Shown piece after piece: positions 51,600 through 64,000 of a stretch of DNA of 64,000 bases. Source of the stretch: Eledone cirrhosa. Taxonomy: Eukaryota. Positions within the stretch are counted from its first letter, which is position 1. Each line of letters opens with the position of its first letter. The DNA lies in contig OZ024740.1 in assembly GCA_964016885.1 (NCBI GenBank), positions 191,022,001 through 191,086,000 of the forward strand, written 5' to 3'. The translations under genes were made by a program, and so were the position numbers. Below the pieces are notes generated by a model. That model saw nothing but the letters and a program-made list of their open reading frames with translations. It was not told the DNA's origin and did no database searches.

Positions 51600-52640
51600 A
51601 AGTATGCACATTATCTCAAGGACACAATATGTTTTGAATATCTGGTGGACATTAGCTTACATTGTTCTAGAAGGAAGCAAAACCTTCCGGGAGGTGAAAT
51701 TAACCTGGCGATAAGAATCCAGATGCCATCCCCAATATCACAAACCTCATTCACCTTCCGAGATTGGTAGCTCTGCAATGTTTGACGGAAGCTGGTTTAT
51801 TTCTGTGGGCAAAGTGGATACTTGAAAGCTTTATGCCTTCAAACGTAGACAAGGCAACACATAGCTCCTTTGCTGCAAACACCAGAACACCAGAACACCA
51901 GAGGCTGCTACAAAAACCTTACCGACAACAAGCAACAATAGCGACGCCAAATTCAGTAGTAGCAGCAACATCAGTAGCAGATCCAAATCTCGCAGCAGTA
52001 GCACGTACACTGCAAACAGCAGGTTTAACACCACGCACAGTAACTGCTGTAACATCAACACCACACCAAACACCAGGTAATATGCAAAGCCACCCTTTTT
52101 ATCTGATAAGCAAGCTCTCCCTCTTACGCCCCTTCCCCTCTTTCTCCATCTCTTCTGAATACAAACACAAACATATTCTCAACCATGTCAGCTTTAGAAT
52201 CCGCAGACCTGTATTTCCTCATCTCTAACTGAAGAAGAGGGGGTCCCTCAAATACAAAGAAGGAAGAACACCCCAATATATCTATCCTCACACACCAGAA
52301 AAAATACAACGCACACACTACAGATATATACACATCTACAAAAACACCAAAGCTAACACCAACAGAACCAACAAAACAACCACGACCACATATTGACAAA
52401 GATAAAACATGAAACATCAAATTACCTGAAAAATACCAAACTTTACGCTAGCGAGGAAGAACAATGGTAAACATAGCATAACTACAGCATTCCACTCTTG
52501 GGGAATGTTGTAGTTATTTCTTGTTAGTTGTTCTCTGTTCTAGTTCTTTACATGTGTTATGTAAATTCTCACTATCTCTGTATGTTCTATTGTGGTTTAG
52601 GTCTCGACCCGAGTAGCAAATAAAGAATTAACTATTATTA
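51600..52640 (+). mobile_element. Decayed Tx1-like derivative: ORF1 remnant joined to a 3' UTR
   Basis: YFCGQSGYLKALC knuckle remnant near 51800; Thr/Pro-rich block; T-rich UTR ending AATAAAGAATTAAC then TATTATTA. Confidence 0.6.
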
Positions 52641-52879
52641 CTATTAATATCGTTGTCACTCAGTGCAGATGGTTATTGCACCTGGATAATTAGTCATCTG
52701 CAAGTTACAGCATGGACCTGAGACAGATAATATTTCCCTCAAAATAGACACAGTAATTGAAAAGCCGCCTTTTGTATGATACCAAACCATGGTATTGCCT
52801 GTCTGTGGCTTTCAGAAGTCATGAAGTTTGAAAGGGTTTGACTCTAATTTCCCGATCACAATTATTATTATATAATTAT

Positions 52880-52906
52880 TTGTAGTAGTAATAATTTTAG
52901 TGGTGT

Positions 52907-52962
<56 letters not shown>

Positions 52963-52966
52963 ATAA

Positions 52967-53020
<54 letters not shown>

Positions 53021-53269
53021 CAGCAGCAGCAGCATCAGCTGCAACATCTGCAGTAGTAGTAGTGGCAGTAGTAGTAGCAGTAGTAGTAGTAGTAGTAGTG
53101 GTAGTAGTACTAGTAGTAGTAGTAGTAGTAGTAGTAGCAGCAGCAGCAGCAGCATCATCACCATCACCATCGGCAGCAGCAGCATCAGTAGTAGCAGTAG
53201 TAGTAGTAGTATTAGTAGTAGTATTATTATTAGTAGTAGTAGCAGTAGTAGTAGTAGTAGTAGTAGTAA

Positions 53270-53320
<51 letters not shown>

Positions 53321-53350
53321 CCGCAGCAGTTGCAGCAGATGTAGTAGATA
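52880..53350. repeat. Compound (TAG)n/(CAG)n microsatellite
   Basis: Direct observation. Confidence 0.97.
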
Positions 53351-54171
53351 AATATCAAATTGACTGCGTTAAATTTCCCTTATATCATTTGATAGATCTA
53401 TATTACTTAAATAATTTCGCAATCTAGTCCCTTTCGACATTTCTAACATTTAACATACAATATGTCCGTCTATATAAAGTGTATTTTACTTTTTGAATCT
53501 TAATAATTATATGTATTAGCAGCAGTAGACCAAACGGATTTTCTCTTAAATTGGACCATGTTCTTACCTCTTGTATGTTAGAAATTATCATCATACAACA
53601 GATACTTTTCACGTCATTATTTCAAATTTATACATTGAGGTCTTGTTTCATAACATCCCTTCATATAGTACCTTTATAACACGTTCTAATATATGAATGC
53701 CAGCGTGTCTGAGTTAGTGTTAATACTTTAGCTGACAAAGTGTTATGCATTTTAATATGTTGCTCGATGCGAAAGCAGCATTTATTCATATGAATACATT
53801 GGGATCCATAGATTTAATTTCATTCATCTTGCGATATACCGGCTGTAATTTGTAATATATTATCGGAAATATACAGATTCACAATGACATTAAGATCCAA
53901 TACTTATGGCTACTTCGTTCAGTTATTGACGCCAACACAACTGCAACACGTTTTCGTGGGATATAATTGTCAGTGGTAAGATCTACAAGACTAATTTAAT
54001 AATTCCATGGATTTATACATATTTAAGGAATTATGCTTCTCGTATGTAAAATATATTTCTTTTGAATATTGCAACATTTTGAATAGATTGTCGTTGCATT
54101 CAGTGCCTTCTAATCGTGAGTTAGGCAGTTGTGAAGCAAATGTTTTAATCATTTGCCAAAACACACACACA

Positions 54172-54222
<51 letters not shown>

Positions 54223-54411
54223 TTATTTATGTAATCACAAGATATCATAATTATTCCATTTACCAATGGTTTCTTGAAAGCAACTAAAATTGCTTTCATT
54301 CATGTGAAATAGTTATCTTATGTTGTTTATTACATAACTAATAAGCTCTATAATTCACATAGAGCACTCTTTTTTCCTGGACTTTTCTGACGGAATTACC
54401 TCATTCATTTA

Positions 54412-54497
<86 letters not shown>

Positions 54498-54639
54498 GAT
54501 TGGACACGGTAAAAGCTTCTCTTTTAGCACCTTACTGTGTCCATGTTAATCATCAACAAAGATATCCTTCATAGGATAATACCATCGCTGCGTGCTGCCT
54601 CACATCTCCTACTCTGAATATTTGATGAATATTTACGAT

Positions 54640-57600
54640 GGATAAAAACCACAACATTTTGGCAAATCAACGGCTGTTTATATGCCTTAGCAACGATAGC
54701 AGAGATATTAACAAGAACAAAACACCACAACAAATACCTTCATATATAACTAAAACAGAAAAAACAAACATTGCTGACCTACGAAAAACCATAGGATATT
54801 AGACAAGGCTCCTTACATGCCAAAAAAACACAAAACAAATCTCACTCCTCACCAACAAAGAGTGACACATAAAATAGAGACGATGTTTGGTAACAGTAGA
54901 ACCAGAACTCTTCAATATAAGCTGATCACCCTCAAACAAGAATTGAGAGCTGTTAACGAAAAACGCCGATACCTGAAGAATGTAGATGAGAGAGAGGTGC
55001 TTCATAAAAGATTCAGACGAAACCAAACATCAGCCTATAGAGATATAAAGAACAAAAAATAACTGTCAATGAGGCCCCATCCCAGAAAAAATATATTACT
55101 TTTGGAACAAAATATGGGGTGAAAAGAAGAATTTCAACCAAGATGCAGTGTGGCTTAGATAAATCCGAAATAACTATTGCTCCTACACTACAACAAAACC
55201 ATACGAAATAAGTGAGGGTACGCTTGAGACTGTGATAGGAAAACTCCAAGATAAGAAAACCCCAGGAAGAGACATGATTGTCGGCTACTGGTACAAAAAA
55301 CTGATATTCTATCGGAAGTATCTTACTGACCTCTACCAACAAGTTCTTAAGGGAGATACACTTATACCAGAATGGTTGACATAAGGACAAACATTACTGG
55401 TCCCCAAGAACAAAGACACCCACGTGGCAAAATACTACCGACCCATTGCATGCCAGAACCTGATGTATAAGATGCATACAGACTCCACAACCTATTCCTC
55501 CAAGATCACTGTGAAAATAATAACATCATCACAGATGAACAAGCAGCTGGAAAGAAAGGGGTTTGGGGATGTGCTGAACAACTCCTAATCAACAAAACTG
55601 CGATGTCAGAGGTGCGACAACTTAAGAGGAATATGCTTACAGTCTGGGTGGACTACAAGAAATATTTCGATTCTATTACGCACCCTTGGATGATAGAGGC
55701 CCTCCAACTTGCTAAAGTCCCAGACATTATTGTCAGAGCCATAGAGAGGCTGTCTTCTTCTTGGGCTACTATCCTAAGATTAAAGACAGAGAGGGGGACT
55801 CTATTTTCATAAAATAAAATATCGCAGGGGTATATTTAAGGGGACAGTCTATCTGTGATATTATTCATCTTGTCATTAAACCCCTTGTCTGCTCAAGAAA
55901 TGTGAGGGATACATCATTGGCTCACAGGAGGATAAAAATACGAAACTAACCCATAATTTCTTTGTGGACGATCTGAAACTCTATGCCAAGAATATGGATG
56001 GGATGAAGAAAAATCTTGACCTTGTTACGACGTTCTCAAAGGATATAGGAATGGAGTTTGGCCAAAATAAATGCTCATACATGACTGTAAAGCGAGTAAA
56101 AACAACAACCCAGTTTAGCAACATTGTCATCAATAGCCTAACTGTTTCAGCGATATCTGATGTGGACAGCTACAGATACCTGGGGATAGATGAGAACATA
56201 TCCTATAATGGTATCTGTAATAAGGAACGCGTAACCAGGGAATACTACACCCGATTAAGAAAGATTTGGTCATCGGAACTCTCTGCACAAAACAAAACAG
56301 TGGCTCACAATGTGTTTGTTGTGCCTGTCCTGACAGCAACGTTTGGAATACTCAATTGGATGATAGACGAAATCCGAGCAGTTGATGTTGGTACTCGAAA
56401 AATAGTAAACAACACCGGAAACTTCCACATCGACAGTGACATAGACCGCCTTTACTTGAAACGTAAGCAGGGAGCTAGAGCCCTAACATCAGTCCAGAGA
56501 GCATTTGAATGTCGCATCATAACTCTCCGACATCTACGAACCTGGAAGCGTAGGAGCCCGTCTCTCGAGCAAGTCTATCTGCATGAAACAGATAAGATCA
56601 TTAAAGTTGGGAAGGAAGTCCTCGAGAGATATTCCCTGTGTGATAATCAAAAACTCACACCCAGGGAAGTCGCTCAGCAGTATCGCAGTGAATCCATGGG
56701 TGAAAAACTGCATGTTTATCAGCAAAAAATCATGCATGGATATGTTGCCAGGAAGCTCCAGTGTGAGTGTAATATAGATAAGGAAAGTAGTCTATCTTGG
56801 ACCAACAACCACTATATTGGCTCCGACTTTGAAGGATACGCCTTTCCAATCCAAGAACAGGAGATTAAGACGAAATACCTGATTCACAAAAGAGATAGGG
56901 ATGCAGGCAAAACACCTAGATGTGATAACAAGTGCAGACTCTGCAGAACTAAAATCGAGGATATCACCCATGTCATCAGCAGCTGTCCAAAGAGATCATC
57001 GCGGTACTATCTACCTATGAGGCATGTAGTTGTGGCTAAAACACTGTACAATGCAGTTCGTTAAACGGATAGACCCGATAATAAACACATTAAAATCTAC
57101 AACAATGTGGAAGATATCCAGTACTGGTGCAACTTTCCAGTAAAAAAAAAAACGATAAAAGGCAGGCATAACAGACCATATATTATGTGATATGGGACAG
57201 AGAGAAGAAAGCATGCACAGTAGTGGAAATTAGCTGCCCAGCAGATGCCAATATAATATCAAAGATTAGCGAAAACGAGAATGTTTATGCAGAACTGATG
57301 AGAAATCTGCAGATACTCCACCCTGATTACACCTTTAGATTTATGCCTGTGATTATTGGGAAACTGGGGGTATATTAGTAACTGCCTGAATACAAATCTT
57401 GAGAAGCTAGGCTTCATAGGAACAGACAGAACACAACTTGTTAGGAAAATACAAGTACAATCAATTAATGGAACAGTTAAAGTATTTAAAACGTTCCCAA
57501 AATTGTGCATCTAATATCTGCATATAAATATGTACAGATACAAAGCATATACACATGCACACATACAACTCAAAACATAGACATCCACACACACAATAAC

Positions 57601-57722
57601 ATCCATATCTACTCATGCATGCATGCACACATAATCTACATAGTTGATGTGTAAGTTGTCTATGTTAGAAACCGACTCTCTCACTATTGGGAAAAAAATT
57701 CTGAAATTATAAAACCAGAAGA
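54640..57722 (+). mobile_element. R4/Dong-clade element, distinct family C, decayed, 3' end in (TA)n
   Basis: WVDYKKYFDS, FVDDLKLY, CRLCRTKIEDITHVISSC, HNRPYIMIWDREKKACTVVEISCP; ends ATAAAACCAGAAGAA followed by (TA)n. Confidence 0.88.
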
Positions 57723-57754
57723 ATATATATATACATATATATATATATATTTAA

Positions 57755-57877
<123 letters not shown>

Positions 57878-57899
57878 TAAGCCAATTCTAGCGGCTTCC

Positions 57900-58240
57900 C
57901 ACCAGCACTAGTAATATTCTCTCGCTTCTTAATATTCTCTACCAGATATTTCGTTTTAATCTCAGCGCCACACTAATCGATACTGTTCCCACGCCCTGCA
58001 TCAACTCCTCTGCGTCCATCAATGTGTTTGTTACCAGAACTATATCGTCGGTCAGTTCAGCATCCTATATCTTTCTCGCCTTACCTCTCCTGCCCTGTGC
58101 CACTGTTAGATTAAAGCCAGAATCCTGGATTTTCTCCAACACAAGGCGCATACAATAATCCACTGCGATGATAAAATATAGGGAGCCAATGTATCTCCCT
58201 GCCACTCAGCTAGTATCTCAAAGAACTCCGTCATACCATC
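57900..58240 (-). mobile_element. RTE-clade RT fragment
   Basis: Manual translation DGMTEFFEILA..QGDTLAPY.FIIAVDYCMR..ELTDDIVL. Confidence 0.75.
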
Positions 58241-58446
58241 ACAATAGGTTTAGTACTTCCTGTATCTGGGAGCAAAGATTGGGAATATAGAAGATGGTGT
58301 GGTCGAGAGAAAGATGATTTCTACCAACTCGTCCTTCAAATACCACTGGTTGACTGTCCTGTGCACGCTGTCACATCTCTCTGACACGTGTTGCAGGACG
58401 GCTATCTTATATTATCTTACAGTTGTCTGGAACGTATCAACCTAAC

Positions 58447-58525
58447 ACACGCTGATGACCCATAGGTGTTTCCATTTCAGTCAATAATTATTTGGCGAAA
58501 CAAATCTCTTTGGATTTGTACGTGT
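58447..58525 (+). ncRNA. Type I hammerhead ribozyme with stable helix III
   Basis: acacg-CTGATGA-cccata...tttggc-GAAA-caaatc tctttg gatttg-TA-cgtgt; GUA triplet. Confidence 0.8.
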
Positions 58526-58649
58526 ATATAGTTATAGCGGTGCGTATACATATTTTGAATAATATTTTTTATTATTATGTGACTACCTTACCTTCCGTAG
58601 TTTATAGATTCCATACACTGGTGGTTTCCCTGTTCATTCATCGCACACA

Positions 58650-58746
<97 letters not shown>

Positions 58747-59052
58747 GTGTGTTATCATTTCTACGATGGACTAAATTTATTTATATGTAACCCATTTGCA
58801 ACCACACAGCACGCCATGTTTTCATATATTTACATATTTTCCTCCGCTATGACCCCGTCTGTATCTTTCTTAGTGCTTCCCGTTTCTCCGTATCTCTCAC
58901 TTCCTTTTACCCCCTCTGGCAGTCACTCTCTCTGTTAGCCTCTTCCTCACACTTTCACTCACTCACTATCTGCTACTCCCTCTCTTACTTCCTCCCGTTT
59001 GACCTGTGCGAAATTCTTTCCTCACTCGCATTTCGACCAGGTCGGTGAGTAC

Positions 59053-59097
59053 AAGGCTCTGATGAACTCCAACAATGTGAAACATATCTGTCAGCTT
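59053..59097 (+). ncRNA. Minimal type I hammerhead ribozyme (GUC)
   Basis: aaggct-CTGATGA-ac tccaacaat gt-GAAA-ca tatc tg-TC-agctt. Confidence 0.75.
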
Positions 59098-59255
59098 ATC
59101 TCCCTTCCTTTGCTGAAAAAAGATGTAAGTGTCATAGACACTACTTTAAAATAATAGCGCAAGTTCTTCAAAATGTCTTTAAATAAACATACAGTATGTT
59201 ACCAAATATACTATACATACATTCATGTATACATCGCTATTTCAGAGCACCAATC

Positions 59256-59308
<53 letters not shown>

Positions 59309-59599
59309 GTTTATATATCATATTAGTTACAACACTGACTCGTATAGGTATTTAAGTATCGTTGAGTTGTTTTCCCAAAATGTTTAAGCCTGTCATAAAG
59401 TAAATAATTGCTTCCCATCATGGAGATGTTAGAAAGAATAGGAAAATACTATGTGTAGGTAACTACAAAATACTTTGAATAAAGGAAGTGATATGTGAGT
59501 GTGCCTAAAGTAGAAACAATTATTAAAAAAAAACAAGGTAGCCACTTGAGTGTCACATGGAGCCCAGGGTTTAAGATGAAATGTCGAAGAAAATAAATT

Positions 59600-60110
59600 C
59601 AATGAATCTGGTCTAGACAATTTTCAGAACAAACATTTTTTGGTGAGGACTTCGTTTGAAACACTCGAGCTGCGTATTATAGAAGCACTTCCTTGAAGTC
59701 AGTTGTGAGAATATATTTCACTACTCGAGTTACACAGCTGCCAAAATTGGTCCAATTGATATAGGGTGTGTATTTTACCAGAATAAACCATTTAATGGAG
59801 AAAGGTGTGCCGTTATCTTTGATTTCCAAGGATGGATCGTTAGTTAACTCGTATGAGTTTCGACAGGATATCTGAAAGTTGTTTCATGGTTCAGGAAACG
59901 ACGTTTGAACCGGTTCTCAGACATTTCTAGTTATGTCCAGGCTTCAGTTTCTTGGAGGTCACTTTGCTTCGTATATCACCACAGGAAGTTTGCATTCTTG
60001 ATCCAGGTGGTATGTGTATCGGTAAGGTGGAAGAATTGTTGCGTTTGTAGGAGATGCGAGATTTCATGCTTTTCTTGGACGAATAGCCTATTTTCAATGT
60101 CTGTTGGTTG
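59600..60110 (-). pseudogene. Penelope-like GIY-YIG endonuclease remnant
   Basis: Manual translation with frameshifts: ECKLPVVIYEAK..WT*LEMSENRFKRRFLNHETTFRY..EIKDNGTPFSIKWFIL. Confidence 0.72.
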
Positions 60111-61088
60111 AATATTTTATGATATTTATGGCATGCAGTTAGGTGAAAATCTAAGGCGGCTGGTAATCTTCTACCTACATTATTAAATTTCAGCGCGAAA
60201 TGTGGTGTGAACTACACGGCGGGTGTATGCCGAGAATATTTTCCTTGTTAGACGTCAGAGAAATGCCTAATAGAAATACTTTGTAACACTATTTATGTCT
60301 GGCACATACACGTGATGCATAATGCGTCACCTTTCTATGAAAACAGCTAGAGTTATCTTGAGATTCCTGTGTTAATGATGTATTCATTACGCTTTGTGCG
60401 TCCTATTTGCAAACTTACGTCATACATGTAGCGAGAAAGTATGGCAGCGCGTTGGACGCTGACTGCTTGTCATCGACTCAGGCATACAGCGACAGACAAA
60501 ACAGCATATGCTCTTTCTTCTGTTGGAGGAATCGGTTGCCTTTAACACTTGAATAATGAAGGGCTCTACCAGCTTTTACAAATAAATATTTGTACAAATA
60601 AATATTTTCAACACGAGGTATATTGACTGGACGCCAAATTATTGATATATCTTCATGATTGTGTGTATATGTGTACAGGTGTATTCGTACAGATGCATTT
60701 TAAAGTGTTTCAGATACCCGCACTCACATACACATGTGGTATAACTTCTTTATTAACCAATTAACAGTTTAACGTATCTAAACATATTTGTGAAAAACAC
60801 CCTTAACTCCTTATTTGTACATGCCATAAGGACTACATTCACAAGTTAATTATTTCACATTTCTACTTTGAATCTTGTTTAATTCTTGATAATGTGTCTT
60901 ATGATGTGGAACACATCCTTTTATTTTTTATTATATTTTCTGAAGAGATGCGGCTTGGCGTAAAGCAACTTCATTGGAGTTATTTAACTGATATTATCTG
61001 TTTTTTCTCTCCTGAATTGATGCAATATTCTAAACGCGATGGAATTAACATAGATGTATAAATAAATAATAATAATAATAATAATAAT

Positions 61089-61170
<82 letters not shown>

Positions 61171-61171
<1 letters not shown>

Positions 61172-63690
61172 GATGAAAACTCTGGTTAAGTCGACTCAAC
61201 CGCTATTTCTACTACAACTTCAACACCATCACTACAGTAATACGACCACATCACCACCACCGCTACCTAATAATGATTTATCGCTACCGCCGCTATTCTC
61301 TCCCACTACCTCCTGCTAGTTGGTGCTAGCACAGCACCGCCACCACCAACACCACCACTGCCTCATTATCACAACCGCCGCTATTCTCGCCCGCTACCCC
61401 CTGATACATCGTAGAACCCCCACTAAAAGAGGAAGGCATCAAAATATATAAATAGAATGAATTGATGACCCGTTCGAAATCAAAAAAACAAAAATCAAAA
61501 TCAAAGCAGCACAGCAACAACGAAAAACGTAAAGAAAATAAGAATGAAGAGAAAAACATACAGACGGACAGAGAAGGGAAGGGAAAAACTAAGTCAGACA
61601 TTCAAACACTACATTACAATGAAACTTATGCTTATTCATTTTTGGTTTTTTTTCTGCCAGTTTGTTTGTTTGTTTATTTATGTTCGTCTACAGCGTGATA
61701 ATGCCACACAAAAATCACGTGGAGTGACGGAACCACCGGAGACGATGAATTCACCGGTGGTTATGTAACCATACATTCGCCAATCCTCGATAAGAGTGTT
61801 TAAATGTCGAACCTAAACAGTTCGCTAACGGTGAAATGGAAACTAGAATGTCATGTGACAGACTCTCACCCAACAGGTGCTCCCTGGCTCAGCAGCAGGG
61901 ACCTGGCTGTCAACCAAATACTGCAGGTGTCGGAGGAAGAAGAAGAAGGAAAGGGACCAGAACCAACTGGTCGAAAGAATTGAATAGAACTGTTATGCAA
62001 TGTTACCTGAAGAGTAACCCCAAGGAGAAAGGATATAGGAAACGGCCACTGAGGAGATGAATGCTGACGGGCTAGGACAAGATTTGGTTGATATCCTAAA
62101 CTTAGTGGTAGATGAATTGAACAATGATAGTGGGAGACCTATGAACATAAGATTTGTAGACAGGAAAAAGTAAAAAGAAACAACAGCTAAAGTAAACAAT
62201 GTCACCACATACCTTGAGGCGAGGAGACTTCACCAGTGCAACAATATCCTCAAAGCAACAGCAAATGCGGTGAGGAAACTACTTGGTATAAAAGCGAGAG
62301 GAAACAACAGACAAGAAAGAGCAGAGCCTTGGTGGAAGAAACGACTGAGTGGTCAAATCAGGGAAATGAGAAATGACATTGGAAAGCTTGAGTCCCTACT
62401 GAATGGGACACTAAAAAACATAGTCACTAAATATAGACTGGAAATAAGGTACAAAACTAGGAGGAAAAAGCTAAATATTATCATAGAGGAACTGAAGCAA
62501 CGCATTGTAGCAAAGAGTGCAAAAGTCAGGCGATACGAGAACAGAGTCAGCCAGTATAGACAGAACCGCATGTTCGACAACAACAAGAAGATGCTGTTTG
62601 GACAGCTTGAAGGGAAAGAAAGAGGCAACGACTTGATCCTTGAGTCGGAACAAACTAAAACATTCTGGAGAGGAATATGGGAACAGGATGTTAAACATAA
62701 TGACCGGGCAGTGTGGATTGAGACAGTACAGAAGGAGATTAGTGAACAGGCACACCAACAAACTGACTTGAGTATCACAGTTGAAACTCTTAAGTGGCAG
62801 GCCAAAAAACTAACCAACTGGAAATCACCAGGCCAAGATGGTGTGCAGGGGTATTGGATTAAAAATATAACATCCCTCCACCAGAAACTGACAACCGTGT
62901 TCAATGACTGTTTGATGTCAGGTGTGGTACCAGAGTGGTTGACAAAAGGTACCACAGTTCTGATAATGAAAGACCGAATCAAGGGTAATGATGTTACCAA
63001 CTATAGACCTATCACATGTCTGTCCGTAATGTGTAAACTGTTGACAAGCATTATGTCTGAGGAAATCTACCATCACCTCCACACAAACAACTTGTTCCGG
63101 GTCGAACAGAAAGGATGCCGAAAGAAGTCACGTGGTACAAAGGACCAATTACTTATTGATAACATGGTAATGAGGAATTGCAAGAGGAGACACACAGGTC
63201 TTGCCATGGGATGGTTAGACTACAAAAAGGCATTTGACATGGTGCCTCATTCTTGGATCACCAAAAGCCTGGAGATCTTCAAGGTGGCAGATAACATCAG
63301 ACAGTTGTTGGACAAAAGTATGAAGTCCTGGGAAACAGAGTTAACATCAACTGGAGAATCCTTGGGAAGCGTGAAGATCAAGAGAGCTATCTTCCAGGGA
63401 GATAGTCTGTCCCCTCTGTTGTTTGTCCTTGTCCTGATGCCCCTGACCAGTGTACTGCGAAAAGTGAGAGCAGGATACCGTTTGGGAAAGCGAGGGCTTA
63501 CCATCAATCACCTCCTCTTCATGGACGATCTTAAGCTCTTCGGGAAGAGTGAGAAGGAGTTGGATGTGATTGTTGACACTGTCCGTATTTTCACCAAAGA
63601 TATATGTATGCAATTTGGTATTAGTAAGTGTGGAGTCATTGTGATGAAGAGGGGTAAGTTGAGCAGAAGTAACGGAATCCAGGTACCACC
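61171..63690 (+). mobile_element. Dong family A copy A4 (same subfamily as A1), internal deletion, 3'-truncated in RT
   Basis: After (AAT)n; ORFs 61836-62060 and 62270-63709; UTR variant shared with A1. Confidence 0.93.
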
Positions 63691-64000
63691 ACCACCAATC
63701 CCAGCATAATAATAATAATTACTATTATTATTGTCTCAAGTTTTAACAAAATGTTTAATTCCAATATTAAGGAAAAATATGTCAACACATATATTAAACA
63801 TACGCGACAAACGCATAGATACACAGATCAAACAAAACTAGTCTATTCGACAACACTCAGTAACGACAATGCCATCACTATAGTCACCGCCGCCACCAAT
63901 CCATCCATCATTGCCACCACTATCCCATCACCGCCGCCACCACTCCTTCATTGCTACCACCACTATTCCCCCATTACCTTCTGTTAACTTAAGAAAGGGG
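63685..64000 (+). mobile_element. 5' UTR of a Dong family B element (continues off window)
   Basis: Collinear with 38953-39262, e.g. GCATAATAATAATAATTACTATTATT...TACCTTCTGTTAACTTAAGAAAG. Confidence 0.88.

Noticed and set aside
52868-53427. Poly-Leu and poly-Val ORFs
   Set aside because: Frames of the (TAG)n repeat.
60936-61050. CTGAAGA with downstream TAAACGCG
   Set aside because: GAAA and the cleavage triplet are absent.

Overview
AT-rich eukaryotic (metazoan) repeat region; no host gene is detectable. The tRNA-derived SINE suggests a cephalopod or other mollusc (inference). The window holds two microsatellite-associated retroelement communities. (1) (AAT)n/(ATT)n tracts carry stacks of R4/Dong-clade RLE non-LTR elements (families A and B; one A copy has an intact 1130-aa ORF at 35123-38515), Tx1/L1-clade APE elements and a tRNA-SINE. 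Dong always lies on the AAT strand; Tx1 and the SINE always lie on the ATT strand. The full-length Tx1 and both Dong families begin with a homologous ~70-nt 5' leader containing GTAAGT. (2) (TA)n tracts carry Penelope-like remnants, fold-back palindromes and about a dozen type I hammerhead ribozyme motifs found by eye. These include a 534-nt tandem/inverted retrozyme-like repeat (22.5-24.1 kb) and a 405-nt one (46.7-47.4 kb). CR1 and RTE fragments and a third Dong family (C) are also present. All coordinates and base pairings were read manually; no alignment, folding or database search was run.
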